A stretch of 64,000 nt of DNA, taken from the IMG/VR virus record IMGVR_UViG_3300042519_001303, positions 22,771-86,770 of that record. One strand, 5' to 3'. Below the pieces are notes generated by a model. The model searched no databases. It was not told where the DNA came from and saw nothing but the letters and a program-made list of their open reading frames with translations. The translations under genes were made by a program, and so were the position numbers. This stretch comes from a virus. Below, piece by piece: positions 9,989 through 18,270 of the stretch; position 1 is the first letter of the stretch, and every line of letters begins with the position of its first letter.

Positions 9989-10423
9989 TTACTTCATTGA
10001 GGATCGGAGTTGCCAAGCCCATTTTTGATGCATGTCAATGCGCTCTGACAAGAAGTTAGCAATACCTTGTTCATCGGCTTTCATAGCTGCTTCAAAGGTA
10101 TCTTTAAGAGATACAAGCAAAGAATCATTTGCTGTTAGCAATGACTTAGCCATTGCCTTAGGGGTAGTTTGTACATCCTTAAAATCAATAGTTCTTAGAT
10201 CAAGAAACTTCTGAAGACTAAAGGGGGCGTAATCATCTAGCTTCCGGATGTTTTCAGCAATGGGGTCAATTGCCCCATATGCATCTTCATAGATCTCAGA
10301 GAATAGGGAATGGTACTGACTGAAGTCCTGGCCCTCTACATTCCAGTGATACCCATGTGCCATAAAGTAAAATGTAACCACATCGGATACCAACACTTTG
10401 AGCGACTTAACTAAATCCTTCAT
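9989..10423 (-). CDS. dps: Dps / ferritin-like DNA protection protein
   Basis: 'HGYHWNVEG.DF.QYH.LF...Y', 'D.IAE.IR', 'H.KW.W.L' signatures; RBS AAGGAG before ATG 10423. Confidence 0.92.
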   Translation of the reverse strand: MKDLVKSLKVLVSDVVTFYFMAHGYHWNVEGQDFSQYHSLFSEIYEDAYGAIDPIAENIRKLDDYAPFSLQKFLDLRTIDFKDVQTTPKAMAKSLLTANDSLLVSLKDTFEAAMKADEQGIANFLSERIDMHQKWAWQLRSSMK

Positions 10424-10475
10424 GATAACTCCTTGTTGTTTGGCCACCCTAAATCGTATCATTTTTGAATGGGGG

Positions 10476-10504
10476 TTGCGGAGGTGACTGGAGTGGGCTA
10501 TGAT
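10476..10504 (+). promoter_or_regulatory. Sigma70/SigA-type promoter for the replication operon (near-leaderless)
   Basis: TTGCGG-17 nt-TATGAT; ATG at 10515 lies 10 nt past the -10 box with no RBS. Confidence 0.55.
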
Positions 10505-10514
10505 CACTAGTCCA

Positions 10515-11765
10515 ATGGGAACCAGTAATGTTTTTGGAGGACGCTTTATAGCAGTCCCTGAGTGGGCAGTTGCTCATATCTTTGAGCATGGCCAACCTCG
10601 TGATCTGCATGTTTTAACATGCCTGGTTTCTATGATGCACATCCACAATAAATCTGCAGAAGTGTCAACTCAAGAGATTGCTGATGCATCACGTACATCA
10701 AAAGAAACTGTAAAACGTTCACTCAAATGGCTCTCTGAGCAACAAATAATTACCACAAAAATTAGACGCAAACCAAAGAAAAACATTTACATAATCAACT
10801 ACACACAACCAGCAATAGGGTCACCCATGACCCTATCAACCTCCAATACAAACCCCCCAATAGGGTCACCCATGACCCTACCCACTACCTCCAATGGGGT
10901 CACCCATGACCCTATCAAAATGAACATAACACCAGCACAAGTAACAAAAGCGCTGATCTCTAGAGAAATAGTAATAATAGAGAGTAATAGTAATAAAACC
11001 GTAAAGAAGGCCGATGGCCCTCGTGATAAGGTAGAGGATATGATTCTTGGCGCAGACGTAAACGAAAAAGCAAAGGTTGAAGAACCAGTAAAACGTAAAC
11101 CCCGACCAGAGGTAAATGACTTAGCTAGTTACTTTGTGTACCATCCCAGATCAGTAATGGTTTGTTCGTATTCTTTTCAGGACATGAACATTCTCCGCAG
11201 AACAATCAAGCTTCTACTAGACGCTGGTGTTTCACGAACAACCGTTCGTCAGATGATTGACAAGTTCTTTAGCACCGACCGTATGCGTGGAGCAGAATCC
11301 CCAGTTCTTATGTTTTCTAGCAAAGGTGTTCAAGCATCCCTAATGGAAACACTTGACACAGTGTTAGATAACACCAGCCCAATTCTAAGTTTGATGCTCA
11401 ATGATTTTAATCGTGAGGGGCTGGACTTACCTTGGGATAAAGCTTCTGATGAAGCCTTACGTAAGGTTATCATTATCTCAGGAATGGACGTTTGCTATAG
11501 ATACCCAGAGCTAGTAGCACAAGTTATTGAGCTAGCTGACGACTTCTCATCATCGTTATTTAGAAATCAAATTAGTTCTTTAAACTCCCTGGTCAAGTGG
11601 CATATTGGAGAAGAAGAGGTAGACCTTAAAGAACTACAGGAAGATCTTGTTGGTATCACACTTCCAAAAGAACTGCTTGCAAAAACTCGCACTACCCTCC
11701 GACCTGCTGCTGATACGATTGTTTCAGCGATTTACAACTATCGGAGAGTGACCCATGGAAATTGA
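10515..11765 (+). CDS. Replication initiator-like protein with N-terminal winged HTH
   Basis: 'STQEIADASRTSKETVKRSLKWL' HTH; internal iteron-like repeats; followed by DnaC-like and DnaB genes. Confidence 0.7.
   Translation: MGTSNVFGGRFIAVPEWAVAHIFEHGQPRDLHVLTCLVSMMHIHNKSAEVSTQEIADASRTSKETVKRSLKWLSEQQIITTKIRRKPKKNIYIINYTQPAIGSPMTLSTSNTNPPIGSPMTLPTTSNGVTHDPIKMNITPAQVTKALISREIVIIESNSNKTVKKADGPRDKVEDMILGADVNEKAKVEEPVKRKPRPEVNDLASYFVYHPRSVMVCSYSFQDMNILRRTIKLLLDAGVSRTTVRQMIDKFFSTDRMRGAESPVLMFSSKGVQASLMETLDTVLDNTSPILSLMLNDFNREGLDLPWDKASDEALRKVIIISGMDVCYRYPELVAQVIELADDFSSSLFRNQISSLNSLVKWHIGEEEVDLKELQEDLVGITLPKELLAKTRTTLRPAADTIVSAIYNYRRVTHGN
10813..10916 (+). repeat. Three iteron-like repeats CAAT(A/G)GGGTCACCCATGACCCTA (putative origin)
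   Basis: Copies at about 10813, 10858 and 10892; each contains the inverted repeat GGGTCA-CCCA-TGACCC. Confidence 0.8.
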
Positions 11766-11970
11766 TGGAGTATTTGCATTTACAAGTTTTGAAGAATTAA
11801 TACGTTTTGTGAATTGGGTCACAACCTCATTTGAAACACACGAAGAGTTTGAAGAGTGGCTAGAGTTGCGCACCTCAGAAGCTTCAACTATTGACTCAGA
11901 CTTTTGGAGCATAATTGAAAATGGCTACTACACGGAGAATCATGACACAGACATTCCAGGTTCCGACTGA
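11755..11970 (+). CDS. Small acidic hypothetical protein
   Basis: Overlaps both neighbours; GGAG upstream. Confidence 0.55.
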   Translation: MEIDGVFAFTSFEELIRFVNWVTTSFETHEEFEEWLELRTSEASTIDSDFWSIIENGYYTENHDTDIPGSD

Positions 11971-12550
11971 TTGGAAATCAGAGAAGTGGTGGAGAAACCG
12001 CTCTGTTGAAGAGCGCTTATTCCATACACGAATTCCCACACGCTGGGCAGAATGGTCGTTAGAGGCACTTACGGTAAGTGATCGCTGTATCGAAGAAGTT
12101 ACCAACTGGGTTAACAACTACCAGCAAGGTGACAGTTTGTTTTTGTACGGCAAGACTGGATCAGGAAAGAGTATTGTTGGTCAAGCAGTTCTTCAAGAAC
12201 TTGTTTTGCGCAACGGTGCATCTGGCCGTTTTGTAAGCAGTGACCGCTACATAGACATGCTCAAAGATACGTTTGAACAAGATGGTGGGCTTCTTCCAGA
12301 GATGTACTCAATGCCATACTTGCTTAAGTACATCCAAGGAGTATTTGATATTGTACTACTGGATGGAGTGGGACAAGAGCGTGAAACAGAATTCTCAACT
12401 CATGAAGTTGGCAGTCTTATCCGCAGACGCTATGAAGACACCCGTTCAATTATTATTACCACAACCCTAGGAACCATGGACTTTAATCGTCGGTATGGTG
12501 ATCGGGTCAAGGTATCCACAACAGAGATGACTGAAATAAGGGTTTCCTAA
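11942..12550 (+). CDS. DnaC/IstB-like helicase-loader ATPase
   Basis: Walker A GKTGSGKS, Walker B-like VLLDGVG, 'RRRYEDTRSIIITT'. Confidence 0.8.
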   Translation: MTQTFQVPTDWKSEKWWRNRSVEERLFHTRIPTRWAEWSLEALTVSDRCIEEVTNWVNNYQQGDSLFLYGKTGSGKSIVGQAVLQELVLRNGASGRFVSSDRYIDMLKDTFEQDGGLLPEMYSMPYLLKYIQGVFDIVLLDGVGQERETEFSTHEVGSLIRRRYEDTRSIIITTTLGTMDFNRRYGDRVKVSTTEMTEIRVS

Positions 12551-12993
12551 TGGAACGTGGTGACATAGCAGAGTATTCCATTCTTGGACAATCCTGCATA
12601 TGGGAGGGTGTCCTAGCAACACCCCCCGAAGGAATTACAGCTAAGACCAAGTACAAATTTTATGAACGAGCAAATAATTGGGAAACTGCAATTCCAATGT
12701 GGAAACCAAATGATCTTGCTGTACGCTCCATAGCTGACTGCGTTAATCGGTTGGGAATTGGTACTGATGTAATTACCTTCCTGCACCCCGATGCAGTTGA
12801 TCCAATTTACGAATGGTTACTACGTAAAGGAGTCCGCACCACAGTGTTGTGGTACGACTCACCAAAAGATTACGAAATAGATTTGCGATACAACAGAGGC
12901 ATACGAACGGTGTATGTATCAACTGACGAAGAAGCGTTTACAATAGGGTTTAGAGCCCACGTTGTTAAACCAAACACTGCATGGAGAATATGA
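12550..12993 (+). CDS. Hypothetical protein (possible degenerate HAD fold)
   Basis: Translationally coupled; 'IWEGVL' resembles HAD motif I without the Asp residues. Confidence 0.5.
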   Translation: MERGDIAEYSILGQSCIWEGVLATPPEGITAKTKYKFYERANNWETAIPMWKPNDLAVRSIADCVNRLGIGTDVITFLHPDAVDPIYEWLLRKGVRTTVLWYDSPKDYEIDLRYNRGIRTVYVSTDEEAFTIGFRAHVVKPNTAWRI

Positions 12994-14246
12994 TGGCTTC
13001 CAGCGAGCTATACCTAGTTTCAAAAATCATTCAAGAAAAAGACTTAAATACTCCAATCAAGGCCGGTTTGAAAGTTGACCACTTTACTGGTTCATGGCCT
13101 GAGATATGGTCATGGCTATTGGAGTTCAACCGCGTTCATGGTGCAGTTCCTACCGAACGTGTGTTCAACCAAGAATTTGGAGATGTCACATTAGAAGATG
13201 CCTCTGGAGAAACTTTCTCTAGGTTGATTGAAGAAGTGGTAGCAGGGTTTAGAAGAAGAACCATTATGGATTCTTTGTCTCATGCAATTCCTGCGATTGA
13301 CGCAAACAACCTTGAAGAGGCAATGGCCGCTCTATCCGTAGGTTTACAAAAAGCATCTGTTGATGCTGCCCGCCTTAGAGATATTGACATTATTCAAAAC
13401 TGGGAAAACAGAATGGCCCGCTATGAGGTAATGCGGAATACCCCAAACGCTCTTCGTGGTATTCCAACTGGCTTTCATGGTCTTGACAAAATCACACACG
13501 GATTACGTCCACAGCAATTCATTGTGTTTGCTGGTGAACCAAAGCGTGGTAAGTCTTTGTTTGCTTTGATCCTTGCCAACTCTGCACACATCCACGGCAA
13601 GCGCCCACTCTTTGTTTCTTTTGAAATGAGCATTGAAGAACAAGAAGCACGGTATGACTCATTGATTTCCAAAGTACCGTATACCCGCATCTTGTCAGGT
13701 GACTTAAATAATGATGACATGGTAAAGATCCGCAAAGCCCTGAGCATTCGCAAGAACATGCACCCATTTGTTTTCAGTGAAGACACATCTTCTCTTACAA
13801 CAGTTACAGCTCTTGCTGGAAAAGTTCAGGAGTATCAGCCTGATGTGTTGTTTGTTGATGGTGTGTACTTGATGGATGATGAGGAGGGTGAAGCAAAGGG
13901 AAGCCCCCAAGCCCTAACCAACATCACAAGATCTTTGAAAAGACTTGCACAGCGTTTTGACATTCCTGTGGTTGCAACTACCCAGGTTCTTTCTTGGAAG
14001 CTAGGCAACAAAAAGACTCGTGCGGTTACAGCAGATGCAATTGGATACACCTCGTCATTTGCACAAGATGCAGACTTGATTCTTGGTGTTGAACGAAACC
14101 CAGATATGGAAGACCAAGCAATCATTAGAGTTGTACTAGCACGAACAGCACCTACTGGTGAAGTACACGTTAAGTGGGACTGGACTACTATGGAGTTTGA
14201 GGAGGTATCAGACTATGACGACCATATCAACCCCTCATTCGACTAA
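12990..14246 (+). CDS. dnaB: Replicative DnaB-like helicase
   Basis: 'GIPTGF..LD..T.G', Walker A GEPKRGKS, 'SFEMS', 'LFVDG', 'QDAD'. Confidence 0.92.
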   Translation: MMASSELYLVSKIIQEKDLNTPIKAGLKVDHFTGSWPEIWSWLLEFNRVHGAVPTERVFNQEFGDVTLEDASGETFSRLIEEVVAGFRRRTIMDSLSHAIPAIDANNLEEAMAALSVGLQKASVDAARLRDIDIIQNWENRMARYEVMRNTPNALRGIPTGFHGLDKITHGLRPQQFIVFAGEPKRGKSLFALILANSAHIHGKRPLFVSFEMSIEEQEARYDSLISKVPYTRILSGDLNNDDMVKIRKALSIRKNMHPFVFSEDTSSLTTVTALAGKVQEYQPDVLFVDGVYLMDDEEGEAKGSPQALTNITRSLKRLAQRFDIPVVATTQVLSWKLGNKKTRAVTADAIGYTSSFAQDADLILGVERNPDMEDQAIIRVVLARTAPTGEVHVKWDWTTMEFEEVSDYDDHINPSFD

Positions 14247-15132
14247 CTTGGCCCAAGTCCTAGAATCACTAGGGGTAGAGGTTAAAAGAGTTGGCGACAA
14301 AGAAATAACTGGTAAGTGCCCAGTCCACATCAGAACGGTTGGCAAACCAGATAATTCTCCATCTTGGAGCATGAATGCTACAACTGGGTTATGGATCTGC
14401 TTTTCATGTGGAGCACGTGGGTCACTCTCATCTCTCCTGTATGAGCTCTCAGGTGGTGACTCTGGGATTGAAATACAGAAGATGATTGTTGATGCAAGCT
14501 ACAAAACCTTGATAGAGGGCAAAGCCCCACAAGAAGATGTGTTTGTAGATCGCGATGCTTTCTTTGGATTTGACCGAGTTCCAGAACGGCTATGCAACTC
14601 TCGCAACTTAGACCCTGAGATAACACATCGCTATGGTGTACGTTGGAACCCAAAGAACAAAGCTTGGGCCATACCCATCATGTCTGCTACCGGACGGTTA
14701 GATGGTTGGCAAGAAAAAAGATTAGGTAGTGTATTAAACTTTCCAACTGGGGTAAAGAAGTCTAAGACTCTATTCGGAGTTGAACGTTTCCGCAGCTCAA
14801 CAGCAGTTATTGTGGAGTCACCATTAGATGTTATTAGACTTGCCAAGGTAACAGATAAGGCTCAAGCACTTGGAACTTTTGGAGCATACGTATCACAAGA
14901 GCAAATAGACCTTATACTACATTTAGCTGATAAAGTTATAGTAGCAATGGATAACGACAAAGCTGGTGTAGAATCTAGTAAGAAGCTTTACCACGCACTT
15001 GGTACACCTCGCAAAGGTTTGTACTGGTGGAACTACAAAAATACTGATGCTAAAGATATAGGAGATATGACGGACGTTGAAATTGAGGTTGGTTTAGAAA
15101 CAGCCAAGATTATGCCCCCATGGATTGCTTAG
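14215..15132 (+). CDS. DNA primase (CHC2 zinc finger + TOPRIM)
   Basis: 'CPVH...CFSCG' zinc finger; 'VESPLD' and 'MDNDKAG' TOPRIM motifs; RBS GGAGG. Confidence 0.9.
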   Translation: MTTISTPHSTNLAQVLESLGVEVKRVGDKEITGKCPVHIRTVGKPDNSPSWSMNATTGLWICFSCGARGSLSSLLYELSGGDSGIEIQKMIVDASYKTLIEGKAPQEDVFVDRDAFFGFDRVPERLCNSRNLDPEITHRYGVRWNPKNKAWAIPIMSATGRLDGWQEKRLGSVLNFPTGVKKSKTLFGVERFRSSTAVIVESPLDVIRLAKVTDKAQALGTFGAYVSQEQIDLILHLADKVIVAMDNDKAGVESSKKLYHALGTPRKGLYWWNYKNTDAKDIGDMTDVEIEVGLETAKIMPPWIA

Positions 15133-16680
15133 ATGTTTACAGGTTCCCTTTACCCCTACCAAGAAGAATCAGTTGAAAAGATGCTTGACCGTGGTCAAGT
15201 GCTTCTTGGGCTTGTCATGGGAGCAGGCAAAACCGTTACAACTATCTCTTGCATAGAAACCCTTTTAGTCAATAGAGACATTGACCGATGTTTAGTTGTT
15301 GTCCCAGCATCGCTCAAGTATCAGTGGAAACGTGAAATACAGAGGTTTACAAACTCCAGAGTAACTGTTATTGATGGCCCTGCAAAGACTAGAGAGAAAC
15401 TTTGGAAAGCAGCCATTTCATCACAGTATGTGATTGTTAATACTGAATGCCTTATTAGAGACCTAGATTTCTTTAAACGCATCCCATGTCAAGCAATTGT
15501 GGTGGACGAAGCAACCATGCTTAAATCTCGTTCAAGTAAACGATCTAAGATGGTAAAAAGGATATCCAAACCAATGGTCTATAGGTACGCCTTAACCGGC
15601 CAGCCAATTGAAAACCGACCAGAAGAGCTGTTCTCCATCATGGAGTTTGTTGACCCAACGGTACTGGGCCCATTTGATGCCTTTGACAGAACCTTTATAG
15701 TTCGTGATTACTATGGTAAACCCGTGCGCTATAGAAACTTAAACAACCTACATTCTTCAATGGAAGACTGCATGATCAGAAAAACTAGAGAAGATATTGC
15801 TGATCAGCTTCCTGAAATTATCCACCAGTTAATTCCTGTACCATTTGATACCCACGGGGCAACATTATACAGAACTATTGCAACTGACCTGCTGCACCAG
15901 CTTCAGCAAGCCATGTCCAAACACGGTGGTTCTTTCAATCTATGGAAGCATTACAATGACCCAGCCTCCAACGAAGCACAAGGGCAGATCATGTCTAGAT
16001 TAACTGTCCTTAGAATGCTATGTGACAACCCAAATCTGGTATCAAGATCCGCTGCAATATATGCAGATCCAAAACGCCCTAACGAGGGAAGCGCCTACGC
16101 ATTTGATATTGATTCAAGAGGCTACTTATCTAAAGCAATAGACACCCCAAAACTTAATGCAGTAGTTGAGTACATTGAAGAAGTCCTTAGTGCAGACCCA
16201 AAAAATAAAGTAGTGCTATTTTCTTTCTTTAAAGAAAACCTAAGATTAATTAAGGAAGCTACTTCTAAGTTAACAAAGAGTGTTTTATTCATGGGAGGGA
16301 TGTCAGCAGAAGATCGTGACAACTCTAAACAGCAGTTTGGTACCGACCCAGACACTCGTTTATTCCTATCCTCCGACGCAGGTGGTTATGGTGTTGACTT
16401 ACCTATGGCCAACTACCTAATTTCATATGACCTTCCATGGAGCAGTGGAAAGCTCGAACAAAGAGAAGCAAGAATTATTAGACTTTCCTCAGAATTTCCT
16501 CACGTTACTATTGCAACTTTTGTTATGCAGGGTAGTATTGAAGAACGCCAATACGAAATGCTTCAACAAAAACGGTCAATCAATGAAGCATTCGTGGATG
16601 GCAAACACCATGATGTTCGTGGTGGGTTTGACATAACACTAGGAAGCCTCACGCAATTCCTGCGTGAATCACACGTATAG
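15133..16680 (+). CDS. SNF2-family helicase
   Basis: 'MGAGKT', DEAT, 'LTGQPIEN', 'GGYGVDL', 'QREARI.R'. Confidence 0.9.
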   Translation: MFTGSLYPYQEESVEKMLDRGQVLLGLVMGAGKTVTTISCIETLLVNRDIDRCLVVVPASLKYQWKREIQRFTNSRVTVIDGPAKTREKLWKAAISSQYVIVNTECLIRDLDFFKRIPCQAIVVDEATMLKSRSSKRSKMVKRISKPMVYRYALTGQPIENRPEELFSIMEFVDPTVLGPFDAFDRTFIVRDYYGKPVRYRNLNNLHSSMEDCMIRKTREDIADQLPEIIHQLIPVPFDTHGATLYRTIATDLLHQLQQAMSKHGGSFNLWKHYNDPASNEAQGQIMSRLTVLRMLCDNPNLVSRSAAIYADPKRPNEGSAYAFDIDSRGYLSKAIDTPKLNAVVEYIEEVLSADPKNKVVLFSFFKENLRLIKEATSKLTKSVLFMGGMSAEDRDNSKQQFGTDPDTRLFLSSDAGGYGVDLPMANYLISYDLPWSSGKLEQREARIIRLSSEFPHVTIATFVMQGSIEERQYEMLQQKRSINEAFVDGKHHDVRGGFDITLGSLTQFLRESHV

Positions 16681-16687
16681 GAGAAAC

Positions 16688-17116
16688 ATGAGTACCAACT
16701 CAAAAATTCATGAAATTGATCTAGGACGAATAGTTACTGAGTACGTAAACTTAAAGGGTCTTATTGAGAAATACCAAGAGCGCCTGGATCAGATTAAAAA
16801 AGAACTAAGCAGCCAAGTAGACTTTTACGGAGATGTTGATGATAAAGGCCATAAGTGGCTTCCTGCAGGAGAGCACCAACTAAAGAGAGAACGTCGTGTC
16901 TCTATCAACTTGGATAACCGAACTGCAGAACAGTGGGCTAGAGCTAAAAACATGTGGGAAGACGTCTCTGAAGAAGTAAGAGTACTTAGCGAAGATAAGC
17001 TTTTAGGTAAAGTATGGGATAACCCAGAGCTAAAACTTGAGCTTGATGAGCTTTATGTCAAAAAGGAATCGTGGGCATTTAAAGTGGTAGAGGGTAAGAG
17101 CTACGGAGACGAATGA
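16688..17116 (+). CDS. Coiled-coil hypothetical protein (Gam/gp157-like)
   Basis: N-terminal coiled coil; RBS AGGAG; follows SNF2. Confidence 0.55.
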   Translation: MSTNSKIHEIDLGRIVTEYVNLKGLIEKYQERLDQIKKELSSQVDFYGDVDDKGHKWLPAGEHQLKRERRVSINLDNRTAEQWARAKNMWEDVSEEVRVLSEDKLLGKVWDNPELKLELDELYVKKESWAFKVVEGKSYGDE

Positions 17117-17553
17117 TGCCTAGAGACCCATTAGACTTCTTCAATGATCTACCTGACTATCCTGGTAAAACACCTCCTAAAAATAGGGAGAGTGTCAAGA
17201 AAAAAGATTCAAGACTTGAAGATAGACTAAATGGTGCACGTGGTAAAGTCTTTCATATGTCTGGAGAAGAACGTGTGTTCTTTTCTGTTGGAGAACTTGC
17301 TAAAGCATTAGATAGAAAGCCGGTGACCATTAGGATGTGGGAGCAACAAGGGTGGATACCTAGAGCCACCTTTAGAACTCCCACACCTCGTGGCCAACAA
17401 ATTCCTGGAAAAACTTTGAAAGGTCGTAGACTTTACAGTTTGGAGCAGGTAGAATTTCTGATTGACGCTGTTGATCAGTTTCAAATTTCCAATCCAGCAA
17501 AGGCCAACTGGGATGGATTCAGAAAATACATAAAACAAAAATGGCCCAACTAA
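17113..17553 (+). CDS. MerR-like HTH DNA-binding protein
   Basis: 'SVGELAKALDRKPVTIRMWEQQGWIP...RRLYS'. Confidence 0.8.
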   Translation: MMPRDPLDFFNDLPDYPGKTPPKNRESVKKKDSRLEDRLNGARGKVFHMSGEERVFFSVGELAKALDRKPVTIRMWEQQGWIPRATFRTPTPRGQQIPGKTLKGRRLYSLEQVEFLIDAVDQFQISNPAKANWDGFRKYIKQKWPN

Positions 17554-17573
17554 CAAACACAAAGGAAAAAATC

Positions 17574-18269
17574 ATGAGCAGATACGACGATGACGACGAA
17601 ACAGAAATCATGGAAGAAGCGGCAAAGCCAACACGTGCTAGCCGCAAAATCGATGATGATGAAGATGACAAGCCCGCTGTGGCTACCAAAGTAATCCGTA
17701 GTGGTTGGGGTGCTGTAGAGCAAGCTAAATCAGCAGATTCCCCATACGCACAGAGATTGCGCATCTCAGAAGATACAACCATTATCAAGTTTCTTGAAGA
17801 TGAGCCGTACGCTACCTACCGCCAACACTGGGTAGAACGTACTGGTCAGAAGTCCTTTACTTGCATTGCTGATCTAGACCCCAAGGGTTGTCCGCTTTGT
17901 GATGCAGGTAGCCGACCCTCAACACGCTTTGCGTTTAACGTAGTGTTGCTATCTTCAGATGCTGAACCAATGCATAAGTCCTACGAAGTTGGTCCACGAG
18001 TTATTGACCAACTTAAGAACTTCCACATTGATCCACGACAGGGACCACTTTCCAAGCACTACTGGGCGGTTAGCCGTTCAGGTAAGGGTGCAACTTCTGC
18101 AACCAATCATCAGTTGGTTAAGGAACGAGATCTTGAAGAGTGGAACATTGACGGTCTTACCGAAGATGACTTGAAGACTTTCCGCAAGGATGCCTACACC
18201 CCTGAAATTATCCAAATCCCAACCCGCAAGGACCTTACTCAGATTGCCTTAGAAGATTTGGCAGACTGA
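17574..18269 (+). CDS. Single-stranded DNA-binding protein (gp32-like)
   Basis: 'IKFL...Y.QHW...C....CPLC' Zn site; adjacent to DNA polymerase. Confidence 0.65.
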   Translation: MSRYDDDDETEIMEEAAKPTRASRKIDDDEDDKPAVATKVIRSGWGAVEQAKSADSPYAQRLRISEDTTIIKFLEDEPYATYRQHWVERTGQKSFTCIADLDPKGCPLCDAGSRPSTRFAFNVVLLSSDAEPMHKSYEVGPRVIDQLKNFHIDPRQGPLSKHYWAVSRSGKGATSATNHQLVKERDLEEWNIDGLTEDDLKTFRKDAYTPEIIQIPTRKDLTQIALEDLAD

Positions 18270-18270
18270 G

